From IMG/VR virus record IMGVR_UViG_3300025168_000003: a DNA stretch of 64,000 bases. One strand, written 5' to 3'. The position numbers and the translations under genes are program-made. This DNA comes from an uncultured virus (IMG/VR IMGVR_UViG_3300025168_000003) (lineage: Duplodnaviria > Heunggongvirae > Uroviricota > Caudoviricetes > Crassvirales). This document shows, piece by piece, positions 31,739 through 40,378 of this stretch; the first letter of the stretch is position 1, and every line of letters begins with the position of its first letter. The notes below the pieces were generated by a model. It was not told the DNA's origin, ran no database searches, and saw only the letters and a list, made by a program, of their open reading frames with translations.

Positions 31739-32200
31739 TTATTTATTATTACCTATACTTTTAAACTTTTCCGCTCCACGCGAGCCAAAGTAAGCTACAT
31801 ACACAGTTATTAAAAGTGATTTTAATAAATCTATCCAGCCTGAATCTATTCCAAACTCTATATTAAAACTATCTAATAATATAAATACTATCAAAGATAC
31901 AGTTAAAAATATTAAAGTCATTGGTCTAGTATTTTTACTAAGCCAGGAATCTGATGTCATATCGCTTTCCCAGCGCTTACTTATTTCTTGAGCTTCTACT
32001 ATATCTTGTTTTAGTAAAGCTAAAGCAATGTCTTTATCTTGTTGTGGTAATTCAGGATCATTATTTATTAAGTTTTTAACTATACCTAGCAAACCTTTAT
32101 CTGGCATCACGTCTCCTATGGCTTTTACAAGACCTGATTTACCTAATAAAAATTGACCGACTTTAGTGTCTTTAAACTTTTTTCTTTTTTTATCCGTCAT
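31739..32200 (-). CDS. Holin (3TM-holin-like)
   Basis: SDSWLSKNTRP motif, two clear TM helices, YFGSRGAEK. Confidence 0.75.
   Translation of the reverse strand: MTDKKRKKFKDTKVGQFLLGKSGLVKAIGDVMPDKGLLGIVKNLINNDPELPQQDKDIALALLKQDIVEAQEISKRWESDMTSDSWLSKNTRPMTLIFLTVSLIVFILLDSFNIEFGIDSGWIDLLKSLLITVYVAYFGSRGAEKFKSIGNNK
31743..31772 (-). promoter_or_regulatory. Class B promoter motif (GGAAA-N12-TAGGTAAT-AATAA)
   Basis: Matches the class B spacing; upstream of the packaging/head operon. Confidence 0.45.
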
Positions 32201-32397
32201 TACATTTTCTTTTCAATAACATACTTTGCCCCAGGAAATGTATAATCATAACCAGGGTACATAACCTTAGTATATCCTCTATCATCAGTGCCGAGTACTT
32301 TAAACTCGACACCTTTCATAGTTATATTACCTCCGGGAATAACGTTGTATGGTTTGTTAACGTCGGGACTATCTTTTTTATAACCCTTTATACTCAT
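32200..32397 (-). CDS. Hypothetical protein (65 aa)
   Basis: Coupled ORF; NITMKGVEFKVLGTDD. Confidence 0.7.
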   Translation of the reverse strand: MSIKGYKKDSPDVNKPYNVIPGGNITMKGVEFKVLGTDDRGYTKVMYPGYDYTFPGAKYVIEKKM

Positions 32398-32398
32398 G

Positions 32399-33742
32399 TT
32401 ATTTTTCGCAAGGAGGACAAGGAGGGCAATTACCTTTTGCTACATTTCTCGCTGTCTTTCTTTCTTTTCTTTTCTTTTTAATTTTATCAACAGTTCTAGT
32501 TACAACATTACCATCATTGTTAGCATCAGTAATTACTTCTGGTAATTTAATTTTAGGTAATGTAATTTTAGGTAATGTAATTTTAGGTAGGTTACCTTTA
32601 ATGTCAGCATCTACATCTACTCCGATTTTTTTACCTTTTTTACCACCTATAGCAGATCCTGTAGTTTCACTTTTTTCTGGTGTAACAATAGTTTGATCAG
32701 CTGTTGTAGTTGATGGTTCTTGGTAATTTAAAGTAATATTAGTTTTACTTTCATTCAAACCAGGTAAGTCTGTGCTTGGGTTATTAAAACCCGAACAACC
32801 TTTTGCGTTAGGATTTTTTTCGCATCTAGATTTTTCTCTTTTATACTTTTCGTATACTTCACCACCTATTTCATGAGCTTTTGGACCACCAGAAGTTCCT
32901 TTCTTTTTGTAATCTTCTTGATTTTTAGTATTGGTACTACCACCACCATAATCTAAAGTAATTTCTTCAGAACTTTCTGTTATAGGGTTTGGGTTTGATG
33001 CTTGCATGACTCTAGCTTTAGCTCCACTTATTTCGTAAATATTACTTTTTTGCATAAAGCCCATTCCGCCTTGCATTTCAACGCCATCATTCTCTTTCAT
33101 TTTAAGCATACCAAGCCTCTTTAACTCTGCGTTTCTTTTTGTAGCAGCTTCAGTATTATCAAAAGTTTCTGTTTTTATAGCACCTGGAGTAGTTACACCA
33201 GGAATTACTTTAGTAGATCCAGGGGTTACTTTTGTTTTATAAACCTTAGCATCGTCTTTTATATAATTAGTTTTTTTAATATCAACATCAGCATCTATAG
33301 AAAGCAACTTATTAGGGTTTGCGCTAGCATAAGCATTAGCATTAGCATTTATATCTTTCTTTTTTACTTTTTTAGTAGTAGCAGCTCCTGAATAGTTTTT
33401 TCTATCAAAGTACTGTTCATCACCAAAGTGTGATAAAGCAACTTCTTTAGCGGCTTTACCTCTTGTGCTAGCCGTGCTTTTACCAAAATTAGTAAACTGA
33501 CCTGAGTTTACACCCGTGCCAGTAAGTTCCATTCCAGTCTCATTGTTAACGTCACCATATGTACCGTCTTCTTTTAAAGCTTTTCTAACTTCTTTTTTCT
33601 TTGCAAAGTAAGCTTTGTTTCTCTCTCTTTTTTCTTTACTACCAAAAATGGTAGCTAAACCTCTTCCAATATTTGTTCTTTGGTTTACACCAGCTCCAAT
33701 TGGTTCTTGAGGTGGTGCCATGCCTTTCATTTTAAATGCCAT
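32399..33742 (-). CDS. Lys/Gly/Thr-rich low-complexity protein with MAFKMKG N-terminus (447 aa)
   Basis: Long ORF; C-terminal CPPCPPC. Confidence 0.8.
   Translation of the reverse strand: MAFKMKGMAPPQEPIGAGVNQRTNIGRGLATIFGSKEKRERNKAYFAKKKEVRKALKEDGTYGDVNNETGMELTGTGVNSGQFTNFGKSTASTRGKAAKEVALSHFGDEQYFDRKNYSGAATTKKVKKKDINANANAYASANPNKLLSIDADVDIKKTNYIKDDAKVYKTKVTPGSTKVIPGVTTPGAIKTETFDNTEAATKRNAELKRLGMLKMKENDGVEMQGGMGFMQKSNIYEISGAKARVMQASNPNPITESSEEITLDYGGGSTNTKNQEDYKKKGTSGGPKAHEIGGEVYEKYKREKSRCEKNPNAKGCSGFNNPSTDLPGLNESKTNITLNYQEPSTTTADQTIVTPEKSETTGSAIGGKKGKKIGVDVDADIKGNLPKITLPKITLPKIKLPEVITDANNDGNVVTRTVDKIKKKRKERKTARNVAKGNCPPCPPCEK
32549..32589. repeat. 15-bp tandem repeat (about 2.7 copies) encoding (T)LPKI
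   Basis: aattttaggtaatgt twice plus a partial copy. Confidence 0.85.
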
Positions 33743-33752
33743 AGTTTTAATT

Positions 33753-34103
33753 TTATACGTTATATTTGTTATCTTTGTATTTTGTGCCAGAGATATTATA
33801 AGCTTGAGCTTCGTATCCTAATTGCTTAGGATCACCCGACATAGCTCTAGCACTATGTTTTGGTATTGTTTCGCCTTTCCAATATATGTTTTGATCATCG
33901 TAATCTAATTCTCCAGACTTCATTTGAGCAACATGAACATCTTCGTGTCCTTTAACTTCCTTATGAAAAGAAGGATCAAGTTTGTCGTTTAGTATTATCA
34001 CTTGATTTTTTAATGATTCACCTAAAACGCCTGGTCCTAAATCTCTTTCATAAACAGGTGTTTGATTCTCAGCGTATGGAGGATTACTTAGTTTAAAAGC
34101 CAT
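33753..34103 (-). CDS. Small zincin-like metallopeptidase (116 aa)
   Basis: HEDVHVAQ (HExxH) with downstream YEAQAY. Confidence 0.65.
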   Translation of the reverse strand: MAFKLSNPPYAENQTPVYERDLGPGVLGESLKNQVIILNDKLDPSFHKEVKGHEDVHVAQMKSGELDYDDQNIYWKGETIPKHSARAMSGDPKQLGYEAQAYNISGTKYKDNKYNV

Positions 34104-34104
34104 A

Positions 34105-34263
34105 TTATTTTTTATTAAAAGGCATCATTCTATTTAATGCTTGTTTTCTACTTTCACAACCACAAGGAATACCAAGCCCTTCTGACAACATATTAACAGC
34201 AGCTTTAATTCCTGTCGGTCGAGTTATTTTATTTTCTATAAAATCTCCTAAACCTTTATCCAT
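34105..34263 (-). CDS. Small protein GLGD...TGIK...CGC (52 aa)
   Basis: Hand-translated; coupled to its neighbours. Confidence 0.7.
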   Translation of the reverse strand: MDKGLGDFIENKITRPTGIKAAVNMLSEGLGIPCGCESRKQALNRMMPFNKK

Positions 34264-34433
34264 TATGCTCCTTTTTTACCAGGGTTTTGATCTGAAACAA
34301 TTGGCATGTTTTTGAAATAAGCACTACTTTGCATATGCTTAGAACAGAATGATCCGCCCATCATTTTAACTCCTGCACTTTTTTGGTGAGCTGGGCCACA
34401 GTGCGCTATATTACTATCGTTTTTATAAGCCAT
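34263..34433 (-). CDS. Small protein MAYKNDS... (56 aa)
   Basis: Hand-translated; TAATG coupling to the next gene. Confidence 0.65.
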   Translation of the reverse strand: MAYKNDSNIAHCGPAHQKSAGVKMMGGSFCSKHMQSSAYFKNMPIVSDQNPGKKGA

Positions 34434-34447
34434 AATTTATTTATTTA

Positions 34448-34723
34448 TTAGTGATGTGATTCATCATATTTAACATCTCCAGCTAATTTAGAGATATGCT
34501 TCTCGTCAGCTGTCATTTTTTCGTCGCTATTCCCATGAGAGTTATCGTAAAGAACATCTCTTTTTAAATAATCCATATGAGCCTTATCATCTCTTTCAGC
34601 GGCTGCAGCATTGCAGTCTGTTACATGTGTATGTCCATGTTGATCGTGTTTAGCGTAATGAGGGTGATTACCCGTGTATTTTCCGTAATGACCTTTTTCG
34701 TAGTCACAGCAAGATTTATCCAT
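34448..34723 (-). CDS. His/Asp-rich hypothetical protein (91 aa)
   Basis: ORF track; operon context. Confidence 0.7.
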   Translation of the reverse strand: MDKSCCDYEKGHYGKYTGNHPHYAKHDQHGHTHVTDCNAAAAERDDKAHMDYLKRDVLYDNSHGNSDEKMTADEKHISKLAGDVKYDESHH

Positions 34724-34733
34724 AATTATATTT

Positions 34734-35102
34734 TTAGTTTGTTATTTTTCCAATTCCTTTTTTAACAGCTTGCTTAGTAGCTAATTTAGCAAAACCTCTT
34801 GATAAAAGTTTATAAGCGCCTTTACCACCTATTAAATCTATAGCACCACCACCAGTATTCATTAATGGGTTACTTGGCCCTGTTGTATTATGTAAAATCC
34901 TTTTACCAATTGTTTTTAACTTACTTATAATACCACCTCCTTCTTCAAACTGAGGAGTATTAGATACGTGCTCCTTGTATTCTGCTAGTCCTGGAACTTC
35001 AAAATTAACTTCCGAAGGTTTAATTTTAGGCTCAGCTACAGTTGTGCCACTAGGAGAATCTCCATATGAAACCATATTAAGACCTTTCATTTTAAAAGCC
35101 AT
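34734..35102 (-). CDS. Hypothetical protein with MAFKMKG N-terminus (122 aa)
   Basis: ORF track; coupled. Confidence 0.75.
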   Translation of the reverse strand: MAFKMKGLNMVSYGDSPSGTTVAEPKIKPSEVNFEVPGLAEYKEHVSNTPQFEEGGGIISKLKTIGKRILHNTTGPSNPLMNTGGGAIDLIGGKGAYKLLSRGFAKLATKQAVKKGIGKITN

Positions 35103-35389
35103 TACTTTTTCTTTTTTACAACTTTACCATCTTTGTATTCTAAAAACGGTGGTAATTTCTTTTTACCTTTTTCATCACCATCTGATTTCTGCTTAGGTCC
35201 ACCTTTAGATTTGCAACCCATATTCTTGGCATAGTTTGCCATTTCAACCACATTTGTAGAATAGTCATCTTTGTTAGCCACTACTTTACTAGCAGCCGAG
35301 CAAGTATCAACGCCTTTCATATTAGCTTTAATCCAAGCTTTAAATTTGCCTTCGTTTTTTTTATCTATTTTTGGGAATTCATTTGCCAT
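35102..35389 (-). CDS. Basic hypothetical protein (95 aa)
   Basis: ORF track; coupled. Confidence 0.75.
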   Translation of the reverse strand: MANEFPKIDKKNEGKFKAWIKANMKGVDTCSAASKVVANKDDYSTNVVEMANYAKNMGCKSKGGPKQKSDGDEKGKKKLPPFLEYKDGKVVKKKK

Positions 35390-35392
35390 AAT

Positions 35393-35659
35393 TTACCATT
35401 TTACTTTATTAGCCCAGTATGCGGCACTGAACACGCCTCTTTTTATATTCTTGGCATGTCTAGCTTTAAAACTAGCACGCCTTGCTTTTGATTTAGCATC
35501 TGTTTTTTTACCAGCAGTGCTTACACCTTGTTGGCCAAATCTAATTATTTTCTCTTTACCAGCTTTACAAGCTTTTACTATATGAGACTTTGTTTTATGC
35601 CCAGGAGTTTTCTTTGGTTTATTACAAGCTAAGTCTGATTTTTTAAATTTATTTGCCAT
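35393..35659 (-). CDS. Highly basic small protein (RASFKARH...SAAYWANKVKW), 88 aa
   Basis: Start reassigned to the ATG at 35659, next to the amidase stop. Confidence 0.75.
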   Translation of the reverse strand: MANKFKKSDLACNKPKKTPGHKTKSHIVKACKAGKEKIIRFGQQGVSTAGKKTDAKSKARRASFKARHAKNIKRGVFSAAYWANKVKW

Positions 35660-35660
35660 T

Positions 35661-36086
35661 TTATAAGTTACAATATTCAGCTTGAACATCGAAGCACGGG
35701 CAAGACTTAGCCGCAAATTCGTTGTGACCATGTATCGTTGCTTTTGGATGTAGCTTTTTTAATATTCTTAATAACTCTAGTAATGTAGCTATTTGTTTAG
35801 GCGTTCTAGTATCTTTAGCTATCCAGTCTCCATCAGATCCTCTTTCAGCTTCAACACCACCAATATAACAAATACCTATACTACCTTTATTGTGTCTTTT
35901 TACATGAGCGCCTGTTTCTGTTATAGGTCTACCGTATTCAATCATACCGTCTAAACCTATTACATAATGGTAACCAATACCTCGCCACCCTCTTTTTTTA
36001 TGCCATTTATCTATGGTTGAAGCAGATATTTCTTTACCTTCTTGCGTAGCAGAGCAATGGATAATTATTTTATCTATTTCTCTCAA
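35661..36086 (-). CDS. Endolysin, N-acetylmuramoyl-L-alanine amidase (T7 lysozyme-like)
   Basis: IIIHCSAT, IGYHYVI, GAHVK, SIGICYIGG, GHNEFAAKSCPCFDV. Confidence 0.92.
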   Translation of the reverse strand: MREIDKIIIHCSATQEGKEISASTIDKWHKKRGWRGIGYHYVIGLDGMIEYGRPITETGAHVKRHNKGSIGICYIGGVEAERGSDGDWIAKDTRTPKQIATLLELLRILKKLHPKATIHGHNEFAAKSCPCFDVQAEYCNL

Positions 36087-36239
36087 TTACTTTTCGTTTT
36101 TAAGATTTATCCATTTGTGAATTGTATAACCAATAGTAACTACTAATAAAGTTATTTTAAGTACCATATCAATATGTGTCATAGAAATAGCCATAGCTCC
36201 ACCATTCATGGCGTATAATTTAAAATCTGCTGTTGTCAT
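36087..36239 (-). CDS. Small membrane protein, holin-like (50 aa)
   Basis: Hand-translated MTTADFKLYAMNGGAMAISMTHIDMVLKITLLVVTIGYTIHKWINLKNEK; abuts the endolysin. Confidence 0.6.
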   Translation of the reverse strand: MTTADFKLYAMNGGAMAISMTHIDMVLKITLLVVTIGYTIHKWINLKNEK

Positions 36240-36241
36240 TT

Positions 36242-36463
36242 TTACCCGTGTTTAGCTATGGTAGTTATAGGTCCAGCTATGTATTTTGAAGGGTATTTTT
36301 GCAATTGCATACCTGTTATGCCTGAGCTTGAGCCCGGTGCGTGTAATCTACCTCTTTGATCTAATGGTCCGTCCCATATAGCGGATTCACCTACTATACC
36401 AACTTTTCCTTTACCCATCTTTTCTGCGTGTGGGTCGTTTGCGTAATGTCCTGGTTTATGCAT
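36242..36463 (-). CDS. Hypothetical protein (73 aa)
   Basis: ORF track; operon context. Confidence 0.7.
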   Translation of the reverse strand: MHKPGHYANDPHAEKMGKGKVGIVGESAIWDGPLDQRGRLHAPGSSSGITGMQLQKYPSKYIAGPITTIAKHG

Positions 36464-36481
36464 GTTTATTGTTTTTTAATT

Positions 36482-37168
36482 TTAAGGTTTTTTCTTAAAT
36501 AATCCACCTATGTTGGCTCCAACTTTGACAACACCGTCACTAATCTTTTTAGTAAACTCGTTAAACTTTCCGGTAGGATTAGTAGTATCATTAGTGTCGT
36601 TTCTTGCTTGAAAGTTACTTATTCTTTTTTCTATTCTAGCTGCTTTCTTGTGTCTACCAGCTTCTGTGGCAGCTTTCTTTTTAGCCTTTAAAGTATTTTC
36701 GTCTCTGTATAAAGCTCCAGCAAACAAACCTGTATTTCCTTTATCTTCATCAGCGCTATTGTTTGTGCTACTAAAAAATGCTGCATCGTTTGCGGTTTCA
36801 CCAGTTAATTCACCACCAAGTGCTGATGTAGTAGCCGTGTATCCGCTAGTATCTTGTTGAGCGTTTTGAACAATTCCTACACTGCCAGTAAAATTGTGAC
36901 TCCCTGCATTTTTATCTGTCATACTTATAGGTGGTATTATAGATGATTGTTGCATTGCACCCGCTGGTCTTGAATAAGCGCTAGTGTCTTGTTGCTGTAA
37001 TTCAACATTACCAACCATCATAGCTCCTTGCGGATTACCGTATATAGCTTCAGCTGTAGTTTTACTTTGCTTACTCATATTAGTATTCATAGAATCTAAC
37101 TCATATGGATCTGCCTCCATGCTCATTTGTCTAAAGCCTTTCTTTTTATAATTGCATTGTTTTGCCAT
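36482..37168 (-). CDS. Low-complexity hypothetical protein (228 aa)
   Basis: ORF track. Confidence 0.75.
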   Translation of the reverse strand: MAKQCNYKKKGFRQMSMEADPYELDSMNTNMSKQSKTTAEAIYGNPQGAMMVGNVELQQQDTSAYSRPAGAMQQSSIIPPISMTDKNAGSHNFTGSVGIVQNAQQDTSGYTATTSALGGELTGETANDAAFFSSTNNSADEDKGNTGLFAGALYRDENTLKAKKKAATEAGRHKKAARIEKRISNFQARNDTNDTTNPTGKFNEFTKKISDGVVKVGANIGGLFKKKP

Positions 37169-37170
37169 GA

Positions 37171-37731
37171 TTATCTTTTTAATGATCTACTTCTTTCTAG
37201 TTCACTACCATAAATAGCATTAGCTGATTTTTGAGATAGTGGCGAAAACATTGAACCATTGTTTAATGTTCCCACGGTATTTATTGAACCAGTTAATGAT
37301 GTATTTGTTTTAGGTGTTCTTCTAAAAGAACCTACAGCACTACCGGGTGTTGGAGCACCTACTGTTGGAGTTTCAACTATTGGTTCTTCAGCAATTGGAT
37401 CTTCAATAGCAGATTCTATAGATGTAGGATCACTGCCTAATTCACTAAATTTTGTTTCTAAATCTGTAACCCTAGTTCCTAAATCGCTAAAACCACCTTG
37501 TAAATCTCCTACTGCAGTAGCTGCATTAGCCGCTGATGATCTTCTATCTATTTCGCTTTGATATCTAGAGGTCATCTTTCCAAACATCTTTCCTAAAAAT
37601 CCTCCTTTACCTTTAAATTTAGAAAATTTATCTAACTTACCTTGTAAGTCTTCGTCAGACATACCTCTTAGGTTTTGGTTTAGGTTTGTTTTTGATTGCC
37701 CTAGCGCTACTGCTGCTGATGCTCCACCCAT
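37171..37731 (-). CDS. Hypothetical protein (186 aa)
   Basis: ORF track. Confidence 0.75.
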   Translation of the reverse strand: MGGASAAVALGQSKTNLNQNLRGMSDEDLQGKLDKFSKFKGKGGFLGKMFGKMTSRYQSEIDRRSSAANAATAVGDLQGGFSDLGTRVTDLETKFSELGSDPTSIESAIEDPIAEEPIVETPTVGAPTPGSAVGSFRRTPKTNTSLTGSINTVGTLNNGSMFSPLSQKSANAIYGSELERSRSLKR

Positions 37732-37733
37732 AT

Positions 37734-38177
37734 TTATCTATTTTTATCTTTATTCACGTTATATATAGATGTTATTAAAACTTTATCTATATAGCTTTTA
37801 CCTTTCATTATAGAATTTCTTCTTTCACTTATAGGTATATCTTCTAATCCAAGCATAATTCGGTACACTCTTTTAATAAGTTGCTTACACTTGAATGAAA
37901 CTTTGTATATGTTATATTTTTGAGTGGTGCGGTTTTGTTTTCTCCAAACCGATATCCAATCTTCTTTTAACAACTTGTTCCAGCGTCTATTATTCCAACT
38001 ATAAGAGTATGTACCAATTTCATAATCATGCTTAGTAAACATACCTTTGCAATCAAGATATATTAAAAGTTCAAGCTCCGCATCCGTAAGATTATTATTT
38101 TTGCAAGCCCACTTTCTAATTATTCTATAATGTTTAAGTAAATTTAACTCTTTTATATCGTCAGGATCAACACGCAT
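37734..38177 (-). CDS. Winged-helix-like DNA-binding protein (147 aa)
   Basis: NNLTDAELELLIYL...LLKEDWISVW...IYKVSFKCKQLI resembles a MarR-type wHTH. Confidence 0.5.
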   Translation of the reverse strand: MRVDPDDIKELNLLKHYRIIRKWACKNNNLTDAELELLIYLDCKGMFTKHDYEIGTYSYSWNNRRWNKLLKEDWISVWRKQNRTTQKYNIYKVSFKCKQLIKRVYRIMLGLEDIPISERRNSIMKGKSYIDKVLITSIYNVNKDKNR

Positions 38178-38443
38178 TACAAAACTATAACAACATCTGT
38201 GTCTTTAACGATACAATAATTTTCGTTATCTATGTCTATTCTATGATAAGAACTTTTATCAAAAAATATCTCATCATCTGTATTTATACCACACACTTGA
38301 TCTCCAGTACTAAGCACTTTTCCTTTATGATATCTAACATCAGCTCTTTGTCCTTCAGACAATAACAAACCTCCTTTAGTTTTTTCCGTACCTTTTTTAA
38401 AAGGTTTTATTAAAATATTTCTACCTACTGCTTTCATCTCCAA
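38177..38443 (-). CDS. groES: Co-chaperonin GroES
   Basis: KAVGRNILIK, KTKGGLLL, GKVLSTG, IVKDTDVV; overlaps the end of groEL. Confidence 0.9.
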   Translation of the reverse strand: MEMKAVGRNILIKPFKKGTEKTKGGLLLSEGQRADVRYHKGKVLSTGDQVCGINTDDEIFFDKSSYHRIDIDNENYCIVKDTDVVIVL

Positions 38444-39974
38444 CTCTTAAGTTATTAATTACACAGTCTGTTGATAGTATTGTAGACGCTACTGATGCCG
38501 CATTTTTTAAAGCGCTTTTAGTAACAAGCAAAGGATCTATTATACCTTCTTTTATCATATCAACCTCATCTCCGGTTATCACGTTTATACCACTACCTTT
38601 TCCTGAGGGTAAATTATAATCAACTAATCCAGCATTTTCTAGTATTGTTTTAAAAGGATATTTTAAAGCTTGTATTAAAGCTGCGTGTCCTTCTGTTTTA
38701 GGTTTTATAAATAAAGCCGCGTCGTATAACGCAACCCCACCACCTGGTACAATACCTTCTTTGATAGCTGCTTTAGTTGCACATATAGCATCTTCTATCC
38801 TATCTGTTTTTTCTTTTAGCTCTACTTCTGAACTGGCTCCAACTTTGACAACAGCCACTTTAGCGGCGAGACGAGCAAGGCGTTTTTCAAGCTGAATGAT
38901 TTCACCTGGTGAATTAGCTTCTTGCAATTGTTTTTTAACTTCTTCCACCAAGAGTTTAATCTCGCTATTAGATGTATCAACCTGTATAATAGTTTCGTTA
39001 TCATTTGTAGTACTTTTTATGCATTGTCCTAAATGCTCTTGTTGTATAATATTAAGATCATCACCTAGCTCCTCGTTTATAACAGTTGCACCTGTTAACA
39101 CCGATAAGTCGCTTAGCATATCTTTTTTATTGATACCGTAAGTAGGAGCATTTATAACGTTTATTTTAATATTACCTTTTACTTTATTCATTGCTAAAGC
39201 ATTAGCAACTTGAGGTTCTAAATCTCCTATAATAAGTAAAGGTTTATTATTCTTTATAACAAATTCTAATATAGACTGTATCTGTCTTATTGTATTTACT
39301 GGAGATTCAATTATTAAAACCCAAGGGTTATCTAGTTCTGAAACTCTTTTTTCTTTACTTGTTATAAAGTGGTCGTTAGTTAATCCTTTGCTATATTGAA
39401 CACCATCTACAATTTCTACTGTAGTTTCTGTATTTGTTGTTGGTTCCATTATAACAACACCAGTTTCATCCACTTCTTTAAAAGCCTTACCTATTATTGC
39501 TCCTAATTTTTTATCATTATTAGTAGATATAGATGCAACTTGATCAATCATGTCACCTGAAACTTTAATAGAATTATCTTCTAAATATTCTATAACTTGA
39601 TTAACTCCGTTATTTATACCTTCTTTTATTTCTCTTACACTAGCTTCTTTTTTACTAGCTTCAATTAATATAGCGTGAGCTAAAACAGTTGCGGTTGTAG
39701 TTCCGTCACCAGCGTCTTGCACTGTTTGTTTTGCTGCTTGCTTTAATAATGTTGCACCCATATTTTCAACTGGATCTAACAAAACAATAGACTCTGCTAC
39801 TGTTACGCCATCTTTAGTTATAATGGGTCTTCCTTGATCATTTTCAAGTATGACACATTGGCCGCTAGCCCCTAATGTGGAGCTAACAGCTTTTGTGAGT
39901 TTTTCTATTCCTTTAAATACCTTATCTTTAGCATCTTGGCCAAAGTTAAGATTTTTGACAATTTTGTCTGACAT
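38421..39974 (-). CDS. groEL: Chaperonin GroEL (517 aa, no GGM tail)
   Basis: ITKDGVTVA, AGDGTTTATVLA, EGIVPGGG, GIIDPLLVTKSAL. Confidence 0.97.
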   Translation of the reverse strand: MSDKIVKNLNFGQDAKDKVFKGIEKLTKAVSSTLGASGQCVILENDQGRPIITKDGVTVAESIVLLDPVENMGATLLKQAAKQTVQDAGDGTTTATVLAHAILIEASKKEASVREIKEGINNGVNQVIEYLEDNSIKVSGDMIDQVASISTNNDKKLGAIIGKAFKEVDETGVVIMEPTTNTETTVEIVDGVQYSKGLTNDHFITSKEKRVSELDNPWVLIIESPVNTIRQIQSILEFVIKNNKPLLIIGDLEPQVANALAMNKVKGNIKINVINAPTYGINKKDMLSDLSVLTGATVINEELGDDLNIIQQEHLGQCIKSTTNDNETIIQVDTSNSEIKLLVEEVKKQLQEANSPGEIIQLEKRLARLAAKVAVVKVGASSEVELKEKTDRIEDAICATKAAIKEGIVPGGGVALYDAALFIKPKTEGHAALIQALKYPFKTILENAGLVDYNLPSGKGSGINVITGDEVDMIKEGIIDPLLVTKSALKNAASVASTILSTDCVINNLRVGDESSR

Positions 39975-40002
39975 AATTTGATTTGATTAGATTTAATTTA
40001 TT

Positions 40003-40293
40003 TTATTCAAAGGTCTTAATTACCTTAGGTCCTTTTATAAACTCTAGTTTCTTTTCATAGTGATCGATGCTACCATCAATGGCAGCTTCTGCACTTTCTA
40101 AAGTTTCTCTACGCGTAACATCGATCCATTTATCTTCTAGATCTTTATACTCTGTTTGGTAGAAACCGTTTGGTAATTGAACAATTCTCCAGTTTTTTTT
40201 CATGACAAGGTGTTTCCAAAAGTCTTTGGTTTCCTCGGGTACTTGTGGGTTGGAGTTACCCCAAGTGCTGGTCTTATAATAAAAATAAGTCAT
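40003..40293 (-). CDS. Hypothetical protein upstream of groEL (96 aa)
   Basis: ORF track; first gene after a class B promoter. Confidence 0.8.
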   Translation of the reverse strand: MTYFYYKTSTWGNSNPQVPEETKDFWKHLVMKKNWRIVQLPNGFYQTEYKDLEDKWIDVTRRETLESAEAAIDGSIDHYEKKLEFIKGPKVIKTFE

Positions 40294-40348
40294 TGGTTTT
40301 GGTTTTAAATTAATACTTGGTTATCGCTCTGACCGAGCAGGTATATCT

Positions 40349-40378
40349 ATATCATCACTTGTTTTCAAGTGTTTTTAC
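40349..40378 (-). promoter_or_regulatory. Class B promoter motif (GTAAA-N12-CAAGTGAT-GATAT)
   Basis: Matches the copies at 55453 and 46205; upstream of the groEL operon. Confidence 0.65.
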
